A stretch of DNA of 64,000 nucleotides from Raillietiella orientalis (GCA_036172245.1 JAYWIR010000010.1:62001-126000), one strand, 5' to 3'; counted from the first letter of the stretch, positions 25,945 through 40,140 are shown. The notes: generated by a model not told the origin, from the letters alone. Program-made: numbers and translations.

Positions 25945-28069
25945 GCCACCCGGGTACGCCCGAGGCGTTTATTCAGAAAAAAAAAACTCTTTATAATTCG
26001 TGGTATAAGGCCCCACTGCGGCCTTAGACACGGGACCTGTCGGGACACCGGGACGCAGCCCGGCGTGGCACTCTTCGACAGCGAAAGGGGATGAAGGAAG
26101 AACAAAAAGAAAAATAAAAGAGATGAACAAACATAAAGAGTTTGGAGGGAAGGGAAGGGATCACTGGACGCTGTGAGGAGGGCCCATCCGTCGAAGGAAG
26201 CCCTCGAGGTCCGTCCGCATACTTCCCAGATAAGACCATCGGGCAGCTCTCCGCAAGAAGCGTACTGCGTGCTGGATGACGTCCCTCTCGTTCCAATCTT
26301 CATCTTCGCTGCTGGCATCGCTCCAAGCCGCCACGATGCCTCGAACGCAGCACAGGGCTGTGAGGGCTGCAGCTGGCTGCAGGGCGTCCCGCACGAAGAG
26401 GAGGCGGAAAATGTCTCTGGGTGCACTGCCCATAGGGAGCCCGAGGGTGGTCCCGAACCGTTCCCAAAGGGGTCGGAGGGCATCACAATCCAATATAAGG
26501 TGGGGAAGCGATTCCCGCTCCCCGCACCTAACACACGCAGGATCAACAGTTCCCCTCGTTCAGTGGAAGCGGCGCGCGTTGCAGGGTAGACCCCAATGCA
26601 ACAGGAGTAACGCCGACTCTTGCCACTTGAGGGGCAGGATCCTGGGTTCCTTCTTCATCACTGGGGGCCACTTCAGCTCATCCAACGGGATGGCGAGCAG
26701 CTCGCCCCATCTCAAGATTCCACGCGGCTGGACGCTCGGGGTGGTGGTGTTTGCCAGTTGACCCATGATCCAGCCGCTCATCTTCTTCTCCCGTCCCTCG
26801 ATGCAGCAAGACACTTGCCACCTTGGCGTCCGGCTGCTGTGAAGCGCCCTCCTTAGGAAGGGCATCGCCGTAGCAAGGCAGGTTGTCTCGGCCCACGTGC
26901 TTGTAGCGGGACTCTCCAAGAGATCCCGCAGCGTGCAGCGAGCGTAGGGGCCGCATCGGAGACGATTCCACGTTTCGTGACTTCTCCGGTTTATCACAGC
27001 CCAGGTGCCGATGTTCTCCTCCATCCAGGCGGAGGAGTTGGCAGAGCTGCAAACCATCCAGCGGTTCTCCATGGCCAGGGTTGCCATGCGCCCAAGCAGT
27101 AGGCCGCATCTTCGGATCTTCCGGCCGGAGCACAGAAGAAAAGACGCGAGTCCCTCGCACCGGGAAACACGGCTGGCGAGGAGGCGGGCCGGAATGCACC
27201 AAGGGGTGCTCCATAGCTTCACTGCGATGGCGAGGGTGCGCCATCGCAGCTGTTTCTCCACGCGCCCTAGCGTCAGGAGGCTGAGACCGCCGTCTCGACG
27301 CAGAGCGCACAAATCCTTCAAAGGGGCTCGGGGCCTCCCCTTGCCCCAAAGGGCGATGCGGAGGAGGTCCTTCGTCCTCTTCTTCACTTCCACGGGGGCG
27401 GGGCAAACAAAAAGCAAGGGGCGGAGGATGGGAACCGCAAACGCGTTATAAACCTCAGCCCGTTCCGGCAAGTGAATCTTGCCTTCCAAAAAGGGGCCGA
27501 TCATTTTGGAGGCAGCTAAACCACGCTTCCGCAGGGGAGTAATCCCCAAACGGCACACCAAGGTACTTGAAACACCTCGCCGTGGGGATCCCAGCCCTGC
27601 TTACGCCGCACCTACTGGCACAACCGACGATTTCGCCCTGTTGACCTGTAGTCCGGACCGGACTACAGGTCAACAGATCTGCTTAGCCGCGGGTCCCGCG
27701 GCTAAGCAGATCGAAGAAATCTCCGACCGCCTTTGCCGTGGTGGACATCGGCAACAAGAGCAGAAGATCGTCGGCATACGCTGCTACGGTGGGCGTGCCG
27801 GGGCACGAGCTCGGCAAGGGGGCCAAAGTCACCCTATATGCTCTCAGCATCAACTCACAGTAGGTGCTGAAGAGCAGGGCACTGAGACTATCAGCTTGCC
27901 TTATGCCCCGCCGCACCGGCACGCCATACACCTTCTGAGTGCTGAAACCGATTGAGATAATCGCGTTCCGCCAGCAAGAGCGCAGCTAGGAAATCAAGGA
28001 GGGTGGAAAGCCCATGCGACCCAGGAGCACCAACAGGAGATTCTGGTCCACGCAGTCGAACGCCTTGTG
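25945..28069 (-). mobile_element. Tx1 element C, 3' half (RT from KAFD onward, zinc finger, 3' UTR); continues at 39259-40140
   Basis: GIRQADSLS, AYADDLL and LPLKWQESALL motifs; 3' terminal motif at 25945-25973. Confidence 0.92.
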
Positions 28070-28163
28070 CGCTCTAGGGTGGACGTGTTTTCTCGGTGCT
28101 CCTCGTGCCAGGAAGTCTCCCCCAGTGCAAGCGTCGTGTGGTTCGGTGGTCGATCAGGCAGCG

Positions 28164-29470
28164 ATGCCTGACGCGACCACCAGGGATGGCCAGGGGGCAG
28201 CGGCAACGCCGCCCTCAGAGGCGATGGAGAGCCAGGGGGCGGCGGCAACGTCGCCCCCAGAGGCGATGGAGGTGGGGGCATCCGCCCCCACAGAATCGGT
28301 CCCCGCTGCAGCGCGGGCGTGGAGCGCAGTTGTGTCGGCGCCATCGCCTGCAGCCACGGCGGAATTGTCGGCCTATGTAGAGGAGGGGTACAACCCCTCA
28401 TTGTTCTACAAGGTAGGCAATTTATATTCTTTAGAGAGCGCGCGCGCCTTCTCGAAGGGCATGCGCGCTCTCGATGTGAAAGAGGAGGAGCTCAGCGCGA
28501 TGACCATCCGCAGCGGGGGTCAGTACGTTGAGGTCATCTGCAAACATGCAGAGCTGGCCCAACGACTGCTTAAAACCCCCGTTGTGATGGGGACGCGCAG
28601 GCTTCTCCCCACTACGGCGGACCGCAGCATGGTGGTCCACCTGTTAGGCGTGACCGCGCGAATGCGCAAAGAACAGGTTCGCGCCGCTTTGGAACAGTTC
28701 GGAACGGTCCACGCGCAGTGGACGAAAGTTAGTCCTTTCGAGGACTACACGGGGCTGCAACACGGCCTCACTGCTGCGCGCGTGACCGTTCGGGAGGGCT
28801 GCACTCTTCCCCACAAACTAGTGGTCGAAGGCGAAACCGTCGACCTCTGGTATGTGGGGAAGCCGAAATACTGTGGCTTCTGCAATACGTCGGGCCACCT
28901 CAAAAAGAGGTGTCCCAATGTGCAGTGCCAAGTATGCGGCACAATGGGCCACACGAGGGAGGTGTGCCCAAAAGCAGCAGTGCGGGTGGTTTCCAAGAGA
29001 AACCTTAAAAAACGCGCCCGGCTTCTGCAGAAAAGACTGGCGGCGAAAGCTGCCGCGAAGGCTGTGCCACCCGCGCCCAAGACCCAGGTTGCACCCGAGA
29101 CCCCGGCGACCAACGCCGAAAAAGTTGAGGGAGCCGACCAGGAGACTGAGTGGCAAGTGGCAACAGCCAAAAAATCAAAGAAGGAGAGGAGGATGGAAAA
29201 GAAAATCGCCTACCAACAGAAGAAGAAAGAGCAGGGAAGCGCGATAATTAAAGAGTGCAGCGTCGTTGTCGAACGCGTTCTCGATGTTGCCGAACGCTGC
29301 CGGAAAGAACTCGCCGCTACCGACGACCTCCCCTCTGTTGACACAGTCAACAGCGAGGGGAGCGAGCCGGCGGCGGCGTCCGTCATCGACACCACCATCG
29401 ATGACGTAGCCTTCGCGCGAGCCGCGGAGGAGCTGGCAGCCTCGTTGCAGCCAGAACCCTCCAAGGCCAG
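28164..29470 (+). CDS. Element A ORF1 (gag-like: RRM-like region, two CCHC knuckles), 5' part; resumes at 35124-35506
   Basis: CGFCNTSGHLKKRC and CQVCGTMGHTREVC. Confidence 0.9.
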
Positions 29471-29561
29471 TTGGAGGACGTGTTTTTCCTTCACTCCCCA
29501 AAGAGTAGTAGGAAAGCGCTTTTTCTTCTGTGTGGTGTTTTGTGTACATCGTCGGTGTCCA

Positions 29562-31312
29562 ATGGCCACGACGCCAGAGGACACCGCGATGGAGGTGGGA
29601 GTGGGGGAGGCTAGTTCGCCCCCACAGCCTACTGGAGCAGGGGCAGCCGCCCCGGAATCATCCCCGGCCACGCCGAGGACATGGAGCGCCATGGTGGCCG
29701 CGCCCAGCGCAGAAGCCATGGCGGAGATGGCCGCATACAAGGCCTCCGGGTACAAGCCATCGCTTGTCTACCAGGTAGGCAACTTGTTCGACGGCCGGAC
29801 AGCGCGCGCCTTCCGCAAAGCGTTGAAGGACGCGAACGTTACTGAGAAGGATCTGGACGGCCTCTCCGTCCTCAGCGGCGGGCAGCGGGTCGAGGTGGTC
29901 TGCAAAGATGTCACCTTGGCTCACCGCCTAATCCATGCGCCGCTGAACGTAGACGGCCGAAAGATCCTGCCAGTATCAATGGACCGCTCCGTGGTGGTCC
30001 ACATGACTGGCATCACCAGCCGCATGACGCGGTCAGCGGTTGGTGAGGAATTAAGAAAGTACGGTGAGGTGCACGCACTGTGGCCGAAACCCTCCATTTT
30101 CGACGGCTTCGATAGCCTTTTTGGTGGGCAGGCTGCAGCGCGGGTGACCGTACGGGAGACTTGTGGGCTTCCCCACAAACTACAGGTGGCGCAAGAAAAC
30201 CTCGACCTGTGGTATGTAGGGAAGCCCCGGTATTGCGGGCATTGTGATACCGTGGGACACCTACGTAAAAGGTGTCCCAATATACAATGCCATTTGTGCG
30301 GGGAGCGGGGCCACGTTCGGCGCGTGTGCCCAAAACGTCCCACCCCGGTTCCCCCTGCCGCGAAAAAAGCGCAGGGGAAACGCGCTTCAAAGGTCTCTAG
30401 ACCTAAAGTGGAAAAGGGCCAGCACAAGCTGCCAACACCTCAACCTCCGGCGCGTAAGCCGGAGGATAAACCTTCTGAAACGGTGGAAGGCGAAGAGGGA
30501 TGGCAGCTTGTAGAGGCCAGAACACCAAGGAAACTCCCACCCGCGGAGAGCAAAGAGCGCAAGACGGCCGGAAAGCCAAAAAAACCCGGTCCGCGCTCGA
30601 AAACTCTGCGCGAGTGCACGGTGGCACTCGAACGAATCGTCGTTCCCGAGATTGCCACCCGGAGCGTCGATCCTCCCCTTGCCGTTTCCGCTGCGCCCGA
30701 GGCTCGCGACGGCGAACCCTCTGTTTACACAGAGGGTGAGCCGCGCGACATAGCGGCGGTCGAAGCCGCGGACGCCGCGTTCGCGCAGGCGGCGGAGGAG
30801 CTCGCGGTCACGCTGGCCGAGCGTGAGAATCCCTCGCGCAAGGCCGTGCGAAGGCCGGCTCCGGCGAGGAAGGCCCCCACAGGTGAGTTAGACCTGGGGG
30901 CCGGAAGCACATCCTCCTCCTCGGAGGCACCCCCCAGGAAGTCGGGACGCAAGTCCCAGAAGCCCAGGAGGCGCCTCCCTCCACCAGCGAGGAGGAGAAG
31001 ACGGAAGCCGTCGCCAGCGTGGGAAATTCGGAGGAGGAATTCCCACGCTCGGAAGCCGTCGATGCGGCCACCCCCATGGAGGAGGGTGAACAGGGGGGTG
31101 AAGTCCCCCCTGCAGGTACCGACCCTGAACAGCCCGCCCCCATGGAGGAGGGCGAACAGGTAGGCGCGACTCCACCTGCGGGTGATCCGGCCGACGCGCC
31201 GGCACCGATGGAGGAGGGGGACCAGGTGCCTTCAGCACCTGACCCCCCTGCTCCACCTAGCGTCTCGCCCCAGCAGGTGGCGGACGCCGCACTGCCATCT
31301 TCCCAGGAGTAA
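29562..31312 (+). CDS. Element B ORF1 (frameshift near 30990)
   Basis: CGHCDTVGHLRKRC and CHLCGERGHVRRVC; PMEEG repeats at the C-terminus. Confidence 0.88.
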
Positions 31313-34300
31313 CACCTGGGCTCGCCAGTCGCCGTCGGATTCGCGCGGCCTGTTGGAATATCAACGGGCTGCGCGACGACGGTAACAGGCGAGATACAGC
31401 TGACACCCTGCGGGAGTTCGACCTGGCCCTGTTGCAGGAGATCCACGTGATCACCGCGGCAGACGTCCAGGAGATCGAGACGATCGCGGGGGGTCGGCTG
31501 TACTGGCAATGCGGCATTCGCAACACCTGCGGGGTCGCGTTCTTCGTGAAGCCGGCCATCGACGCTGCCGTGAAGGGCGTGCGCTTCGATGACGACGGTC
31601 GGGTCGGTCAGCTGACTCTCGGCTGGTCGGACTCGATCGATCTGATCGTCACGAATGTGTACGCCCCCACCGGTCAAAAGGGATACAGCAACCGTACCAG
31701 GCTGCTTGAATCCTTGAAGCGCGACTGGCTGGCGAACACGAGCGTGCGGAAGGCTCACCTGATAGCGGGAGATTTCAATCTCCGCCTGCTAACAGGTGAG
31801 CCGGAAACACAGGTGAACGCGATGAACGAGTTGTGCGCCGCCATGCGTGCGCGCAACTTGTTCGCGGGTGAGGGGAATTGTCCGCAGCATCGACCACGTC
31901 TTCCTCGACGCTGACCTGTGTTCACGGGTCGGCAAACGGGGGAGGGTTGCGTCAACGTTGTCGGACCATTCCCGGTTAATTTTCGAGATGCGGCCTCGCG
32001 ACAAAGGACCGCCATCCAGAGACTGGCGTCTGCCGGGGGACTGGACGCGACTCTCAGGTGCGAAGGAACACCTTCGCGAATACCTGAGAGGCGTCACGCT
32101 CCGGAATCTCCAAGACTGGGACCTTTTCAAGGAATCGGTCCGGGAGTTCTGCGAGCAGTTCCCCCTGGACCGCCTGCCCTCCGGATTCGGCGAGGGTCCT
32201 CGCAACCATCGGGCCTATTTACAGGCCCGAAGGTACGAGCGAACCCCTAATGTCCGTCGCCTGGCCGAGTACCGCGCCGGGGCCGAACGCCAAGTCTGGC
32301 AATCCGGGTCGGCCAGCTTGCTGGACGACCAGGGCCGGGAATGTTCGTCCCCGGCGTCGGTACGGCATCTCGTGCGGAGTTATTATTCCTCCCTTTACGC
32401 CAGGGCGCCCCCGGATCAAGATGCCTCTCGGCTCTTGCTTCCGGATGGTGCTGCGGCAATAGGGGAGGAGGAGTCGTTAAGCCTCGATGAGCCTTTTACC
32501 ACCGGCGAAATTCTCGCCGGTATCAAAAGGCTCAAGAGGCGGAAAGCTCCAGGGGAAGACGGCTTGCCCGCGGAGTTCTATCAGAGCTTCGCGGAAGAGC
32601 TGGCACCCCTGCTGCTTCAGCTGACAAGGCTGATCCGAGACGAAGGCAATGTTCCCGCCTCGTTTCGGTCAGCCAGAGTGAGGCTCCTTCCGAAAGGGGG
32701 AGACCTTAGGAATTTGAACAACTGGCGTCCGATCACGATTGTGAATACGGACGCCAAGTTGGTTGCCGGGCTATGGGCTTCGCGTCTGGGGCAGGTGGCA
32801 GAATCCATTATTAGCCCGGAGCAGACATATGCTGTTCCCGGGCGAAGTATGGATGCCAACCTCTTCTTCGCGAGCACGTGGATGCACGCGCAGAGGTGTC
32901 AAAAGGAAGGAAAAGGAAAAATCGGCAACCCCACTTTGGGGCCGCCAGCAGGGCAGGGAATGGACTCCCGGGCGGGGAAGGGGGCCTTAGCGCTCGCAGT
33001 CGATCTCCATAAGGCGTTCGACTGTGTTGACCAGGGGCTTTTGTTGGAGCTCCTGGGTCGCATGGGCTTCCCACCCTCCTTGATCAACTACCTGCGCTCC
33101 TGCTGGCGCCATGCGATAATTTCCGTCTCTTTCAGCGGTCAGAAGGTGCATGGCGTGCCGGTGCGGCGGGGCATCAGGCAGGGAGATAGCCTGAGTCCCC
33201 TGCTCTTCAGCACCTACTTTGAGTTGGTGCTGAGAGCCTACAGGGTGACTTTGGCCTCCTTGCCTAGCTCGTGTCCTGGCACGCCCGCCGTAGCAGCCTA
33301 TGCCGACGACCTTCTGCTCCTGTTACCTATGTCCACCCCGGCGAAGGCGGTCGGAGACTTCTTCGATCTGCTCAGCCGTGGAACCGGACTGCAGGTCAAC
33401 AGGGCGAAGTCGTCGGTGGTGCCAGTAGGTGCGGCGTGGGCAGGGCAGCAGGACTGGGTCCGTCTGGGGATCCCCACGGCGAGGTGCATCAAGTACCTTG
33501 GTGTGCCGTTGGGTGACTACTCCCCTGCGGAAGCGTGGTCCAGCTGTCTTCAAAAAGTCGAGACGGCGATCGGCCCGTTCCTGGAAGGCAAGTTTCACTT
33601 GCCGGAACGGGCCGCGGTTTGGAACGCCTTCGCGGCCCCCATCCTCCGCCCCTTGCTTTTTGTTTGCCCCGCCACCAGAGAATGCAAAAAGAGGACGAAG
33701 GACCTCCTCCGCATCGCCCTTTGGGGCAAGGGGAGGCCCCGAGTCCCTCTGCAGGACTTGTGCGCTCCGCGTCGGGACGGCGGCCTTGGCCTCCTGACGC
33801 TGGAGCGCGTGGAAATGCAGCTGCGGTGGCGAACCCTCGCCATCGCAGCGAAGATGTGGAGCACCCCTTGGTGCGTTCCGGCCCGCCACCTCGCCAGGCG
33901 TGTGTCCCGATGCGAAGGACTCGCGTCGTTTCTTCTGTGCCCTGGCCGGAAGATCCGAAGATGCGGCCTTATGCTCGGACGCATAGCAACCTTGGCGAAG
34001 ACGAACGGTTGGATGGTTTGTGGCCCCGCCAACTCCTCCGCCTGGTTGGAGGAGTCTGCTGGCACATGGGCTAAGCTGAACCGGAGGAGCGAAAACCACA
34101 TGAACTGCCTGCGAATCGGCCCATACGCCAACCGCACCCTGCGGGAAATACTGGAATTTCCTCGGAGTCGCAGCTGGGCGTTGACGACCCCCCTTGCTAC
34201 GGCGATGCCCTACCTCCTGAGGGCGCTTCAGGATTGCCAGAAGCCGAGGTGGCAAGTCACCTGCCAGATCGCAGGCAGGGAGAAGATGTTACGCGGCTGG

Positions 34301-34906
34301 ACCACAGGAGAACTGGCGGACGCCACGACCCCGAGCGTCCAGCCGCGTGGACTAATGAGATGGGGCGAGCTGCTCGCCATCCCTACGGATGTGCTGAAGT
34401 GGCCCCCGGTACTGAAGGAATCCAGGATCCTGCCCCTTAAGTGGCAAGAGTCGGCGTTGCTTTTGTTGCACTGGGGTCTACCCTGCAACGCGCGCCGCTT
34501 CCACTGGACGAGGGGAGCTGTGGATCCTTTGTGTGCCAGGTGCGGGGAGCGGGAGTCGCTTCCCCACCTTATTGTGGATTGTGCTGCCATCCGACCCCTC
34601 TGGGAACGGTTCGGGGCGACCCTAGGGCTCCCTACGGGCAGCACCCCCAGAGACGTTCTTCGGCCCCTCTTCGGGAAGGACGCACTGCAGCCAGCCGCAG
34701 CCATCGCAGCCTTGTGCTGTGTCCGTGGCATCGTGGCGGCATGGAGCGACGCCAATAACGAAGGAGTGGGTCCACACGCGAGGGATGTCGTCCCATACGC
34801 CCAACGCTTCATGCGGAGAGCTGCCGGATGGCCCCAACTGGGGAATATACGGACGGACCTCGAGGGTTTCCTTCAACGGATGGGCCCTCCTCACAGCGTT
34901 CAGTGA
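31312..34906 (+). CDS. Element B ORF2: APE, RT, zinc finger (one frameshift near 31870)
   Basis: WNING, LQE, NVYAP, AGDFN, IDH, SDH; KAPGEDG, WRPIT, DLHKAFD, GIRQGDSLSP, YADD, KYLG; CARCGERESLPHLIVDC. Confidence 0.95.
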
Positions 34907-35505
34907 TCCCTTCCCTGCCCTCCAACTTCTTTTTGTCTGTTTATGTTTTTTATTTTTCTTTTTGTTTTATCCCCATCCCCCTTCGCTGCTGAGGAACGCT
35001 ACGCTGGGCTGCGTCCCGGCGTCCCGGCAGGTCCAGTGCATATGGCCGTGAGCGGGGCCTTGTACCGCGGATGTAGAGATGTTTTTTTAAAAAATAAACG
35101 CCCCGGGCGTACCCGGGTGTAAACCTCCAAGGCTGGCAAGAAGGCCGTAAGGCGTCCGGCCTCCCCTCAGGAGTCCCCCACTTCCGACCCCGAGGTGGAG
35201 GCCGGAAGCGCAGCCTCCGTTTCTACGGCACCGCGCAAGAAGGCTGGACGTAAGTCCACAAAGCCAAGGAAGCTCGTCTCCCCCGTCGAAGGGGAAGAGA
35301 TGGCTTCCGCAAGCGAGGGTGCCATGAGCGTGGGAAACTCTCGGGACCCGTCGCCCGAGAGACTCCCACGCACGGACACGGAGGGGATGGAGGGGGTGGA
35401 GGCCGAACAGGTGCCTCAGGTGCCTGAGAAGGCCGAAACCCCCATGGACATCCCGCCCGCCTCGAAAGAGGAGGGCTCCCCCACACCTTAATCTTCCCAG
35501 CAGTA

Positions 35506-38500
35506 ATGCCGGGAATCTCCTCCCGCCGTCGTCTGCGCATCGCCGTTTGGAACGTGAACGGCATGACAGACGCCGGCAGGAGACGAGACATGGCCGCCCT
35601 TCTGGAGTCCTACGACCTTGCGCTGCTGCAGGAGATCCACGTGATCTCTGCAGAACAAGCGCAAGAGATCGAACGGATCTCCGGAGGGCGGCTATGGTAC
35701 AGGTGTGGGAGAGCGAAAAGTTGCGGTGTCGCCTACCTGCTTCGGCCAGCCGTCGACGCCGCGGCTCGGGGCGTGCGGTTCGACGATCACGGTCGTGTCG
35801 GCCAGCTGACTCTCAGGTGGTCCGACTCGATCGATCTGATCGTCACGAACGTGTACGCACCGAGCGGCAAGGACCTGATGAACAGGAGGGCGAGGAAAGA
35901 GTTTTTCCTTGCCCTCCGGCGAGACTGGCTGACCGAAGCAGGCGTGTGGAATGCCCATCTGGTTGCAGGCGATTTCAACGTTCGCCTGAAACCAGATGAG
36001 CAGAATCCCGAGCGTGACCTGGTCAACGAGGTGTGCATGGCGGTGCACACCTGTAATCTGTTGGCCAGTGCACCGGGGATGGAAGACAGCATTGACCACG
36101 TGTTTCTTGACGAGCACCTGTGCCCTCGCGTGGGCAGGCGCGGCAAGTTACCGTGCGAGCTGTCCGACCATCGCCCGCTAGTCCTCGAGATCCATCCGCG
36201 CGACAGGGCCCCCCCCTCGTCAGCGTGGCGTCTCCCAGGGGACTGGCTGAAGCTCCCGGACGCGGCGGAACATCTCCGCACGTTCATACGGAGCTTCAGT
36301 CTGCGGACACTCCAGGATTGGGACCGCTTCAAGCGGTCGGTCCAGGAGTTCTGCGACCAGTTTCCTCTGCACCGCCTACCTACGGGTTTTGGGACCGGGG
36401 TCCGTAACGAACGAGCCTACCTGCAGGCCCGTCGTTACGCCAGGACCCCCGACATCCGCAGGCTGGCGGAATACAAAGCGGGAGCCGAGAGGCAAGCCTG
36501 GCAGTCCGGATCGGCCAGCTTACTGGACGATCAGGGCCACGTGCACTCGGCACCTGCCCAAATCCGCGGCCTGCTGCGGAGTTACTACTCCTCCCTGTAT
36601 GCCAGGGCACCTCCGGAGAGGAACGTCTCACGACTCCTGCTTCCGGAAGGCACTCCAGCGATCGGGGAGGAGCAGAGAAAGACCCTCGACGAGCCTTTCA
36701 CGATGGACGAGATCATCTCGGCCATCGGAAAGCTCAAGAGGCGAAAGGCTCCAGGGGAGGACGGCCTGCCCGCGGAGTTTTATCAAACTTTCGCGGCTGA
36801 GCTTACCCCCCTGGTACAGCAACTCACCTTGCTGATACGCGAAACAGGTGACGTTCCCGCCTCGTTTCGTTCGGCAAAGGTGCGGCTCCTCCCTAAGGGA
36901 GGAGATCTGAGGAGCATGACCAAGTTGCTAGCAAAGGTTTGGGCAGAGCGTCTGGGACGGGTTGCCAACATCTTCATCAGCCCGGAACAGACATATGCTG
37001 TTCCCGGGCGAAGCATGGAGGCGAACCTGTTCCACGCTTCCACCTGGCTAGAGCTCCAACATGAAAGGAGCTTGGTGCGCAGACGGAATTCCGGTGCGTG
37101 CGCCGGCAAGAAGTTGGATGGTCGGGTGGGGGAGGGAGCCCTTGCGGTCGCAATCGACTTGCGGAAAGCATTCGATTGCGTCGACCAGAATCTCCTTCTG
37201 GAGCTTCTGGAACGCTTGGGCTTCCCGGCCTCATTAGTGGCCTATCTGCGCTCCTGCTGGCGCGACGCGCTCATCAATGTTACTTTCAGCGGGCAGACGG
37301 TGCACGGCGTGCCGGTGCGGCGTGGGATCCGGCAGGGAGACAGCCTGAGCCCCTTGCTCTTCAGTACCTACTTTGAGTTGGTACTGAGAGCGTACAGGGG
37401 AACTCTGGCGCACCCTGCCGCACGACTGTGCCGGTACGCCGGCCGTTTCAGCATACGCGGACGACCTTCTGCTGCTGCTCCCTATGTCCACCCCGGCTGC
37501 GGCGGTCGAGGAGTTCTTCGACCTGCTGCATCGGGGAACCGGACTTACGGTGAACAGGGCGAAGTCGTCCGTGATGCCAGTTTGTGCGGCGTGGGCAGGG
37601 CAGCAGGACTGGGTCCGTTTGGGGATCCCCACGGTGAGGTACTTCAAGTACCTTGGTGTGCCGTTGGGGGACTACTCCCCTGCGGAAGCGTGGTCCGGCT
37701 GCCTTCAAAAAGTAGAGACGGCGATCGGCCCGTTCCGAGGCGGCAGGTTTTTCCTGCCTGAACGGGCCGCGGTTTGGAACACGTTCGCGGCTCCTCTCCT
37801 CCGCCCCCTGCTTTTTGTTTGCTCCCCCACAGAGAGGATTAAAAAGCGGACAAAGGACCTCCTCCGTATCGCCCTTTGGGGCAACGGGAGGGCCCGAGTC
37901 CGCTTAAAGGACTTGTGCGCTCCTCGTCGGGATGGTGGTCTGGGCCTCCTGACACTGGAGCGGCTGGAGCTTCAGCTCCAGTTCCGCTTGTCGGCACTCG
38001 TTCCAGAGTTGTGGTGCACCTGTTGGTGCGTCCCTGCACGTCTCCTTCTCCAGCAAGCCACCGGCAAGACGGGACTGACGTCGTTTCTTGCACTCCGTCG
38101 CCGTGTCAACCGATGCGGACTCCAGCTACGGAGGGTGGCTGCGCTGTATCGGAAAAACCCAGGATTGCTCACCTGTCGCCCGTTTAACGGTAGTGCCTGG
38201 TTGCAGGAAACCGTTCGAACGTGGGGACGGTTCGGCATGCAACGCTCCCAACAGGAACGAAGGTTCCTGTTTGGGGGTTACAGAAGTTGCACGCTCCGCG
38301 AGATCCTGGAGGATCCAAAGAAGAGAGCGTGGGCAGGAAGAACCCCCCTCGCTGCTGCGCTGCCCTCCCTGATGGAAGATCTGGACAGCGATGTTGCGGC
38401 GAAGTGGGTGGTTACAGTAACAATCTCCGGAAAGGAGAAGAAGATAGGAGAGTGGAAGACAAGCCAGTTAACAGACGCTGCGACCCCGAGTACGCCTCCC

Positions 38501-39052
38501 AATGGACTTCTGCGCTGGGGCGCGCTGCTCGATGTTCCCATTGAACATCTGAAGTGGCCCCCGGTGCTCATGAACACTTCCGCCCTCCCCTTAAAATGGC
38601 AGGAGTCGGCTCTCCTGTTGCAGCACTGGGGACTCCCCTGCAACGCCCGCCGACACCACTGGACCTGGGGAGCGGTGGACCCCAATTGCGTCAGGTGCGG
38701 GGAATGGGAGTCCCTCCCCCACCTGCTAGTGGATTGTGTTGCCCTTCGGCCCCTTTGGTTTCGCTTTGCCGCGGCCATCGGAATCCCCTGCGGCAACCCC
38801 AGGGACGCACTGAAAGCCCTCTTCGTTGCCGACGCCCTTCGGCCAGCGGCCTCTTTAGCAGCTTTGTGCTGCCTACGCGGGATCGTCACCGCTTGGAGCA
38901 AGGCTACGGGAGGACAACGCGACCAGGGTGCCATCCAGCCAGCTTCCCAGTTCCTGAGGAGGGCGTCCCGATGGCCCCACCTGGATCCAGGAATACAGAA
39001 GGAGCTTGCCGGCATCCTGCAAAGGATGCAACGGCCCCACCAGCAACTGTGA
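35506..39052 (+). CDS. Element A ORF2: APE, RT, zinc finger (short deletion near 36918, frameshift near 37415)
   Basis: Same APE/RT/zinc-finger motif series across ORFs 35506-37761 and 37484-39052. Confidence 0.93.
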
Positions 39053-39258
39053 TCCCTTCCCTTACCCTCCCAACTTTTCTTTTCTTTTTTGTTTTTCCCC
39101 CTTCCCCCTGCTGCCGTGGTGGACCGTACCGGTCTGCGAACCGGTGACCCGGCAGGCTCTGTGTTTCTTCGTGCGTGGCTGGAGCAATGGTCCAGCCACC
39201 GCACGTCTTTGTAAAAGTTTATTTTACAATAAACGCCCCGGCGAAATCCAGGTGAAAA

Positions 39259-40140
39259 TCGAACGCCTTATGGAGATCGACTGCGAGCGCTAGGGCCCCG
39301 TTATCCGCCCGGGGGTCCTTTTCCAGATCGGCTGGCGGCCCTGAAGTGGTGCTGCCGATTTTCCCTTTCTCTTTCTTCTGTCTCCTCTGCAGGTGCATCC
39401 ATGTGCTTGCGAAGAAGAGGTTGGCATCCATACTTCGCCCGGGAACAGCATAAGTCTACTTCGGGCTAATTATGGATTCTGCCACCTGCCCCAGACGCGA
39501 AGCCCAAAGCCCTACTAGCAACTTGGCGTTCACGATCGTGATCGGACGCCAGTTCTTTAAATCTCTGAGGTCTCCCCCTTTCGGAAGGAGCCTCACTCTG
39601 GCTGACCGAAACGAGGCGGGAACATCGCCTTCGTTTCGGATCAGCCTTATCAACTGAAGCAGCAGGGGTGCCAGCTCTTCCGTGGAGCTCTGAAAGAACT
39701 CCGCGGGCAAGCCGTCTTCCCCTGTAGCTTTCCGCCTCTTGAGCCTTTTGATACCAGCGAGAATTTCGCCGGTGGTAAAAAGCTCGTCGAGGCTTAACAT
39801 CTCCTCCTCCCCTATTGCCGGGATACCATCCGGAAGCAAACGCCGAGAGGCATCTTGATCCGGGGCGCCCTGGCGTAAAGGGAGGAATAAAAACTCCGCA
39901 CGAGATGCCGTACCGACGCATGAAACGAACATTCGCGGCCCTGGTCGTCCAGCAAGCTGGCCGACCCGGATTGCCAGGCTTGGCGTACGGCCCCGGCGCG
40001 GTACTCGGCCAGGCGGCATACGTTAGGGATTCTCTCGTAACGACGGGCCTGTAAATAGGCCCGATGGTTGCGAGGACCCTCTCCAAATCAAGGGGGCAGG
40101 CGGTCCAGGGGGAGCTGCTTGCAGAAATCCCGGACCGAAG
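39259..40140 (-). mobile_element. Tx1 element C, 5' part of RT (5'-truncated)
   Basis: KATGEDGLPAEF, WRPITIVN and LAVDLHKAFD ending at the 3' end of element A. Confidence 0.9.

Larger units (their letters stand above)
29471..35123 (+). mobile_element. Tx1 element B, full length, nested in ORF1 of element A
   Basis: 5' motif at 29476; 3' motif at 35093-35123; TSD CCTCCAAGGC(CAG/TGG) at 29458-29470 and 35124-35136. Confidence 0.93.
28070..39258 (+). mobile_element. Tx1 element A, full length, interrupted by element B, inserted antisense into the RT of element C
   Basis: 5' motif GGACGTGTTTT at 28081; 3' motif at 39228-39258; TSD TCGAACGCCTT(G/A)TG at 28056-28069 and 39259-39272. Confidence 0.92.

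Noticed and set aside
28070..28164. HDV-like ribozyme in the 5' UTRs
   Set aside because: Could not build the nested double pseudoknot by eye; it needs a descriptor search.
28014..31163. 1049-aa ORF as a single gene
   Set aside because: Explained by element B nested in ORF1 of element A, with a TSD.
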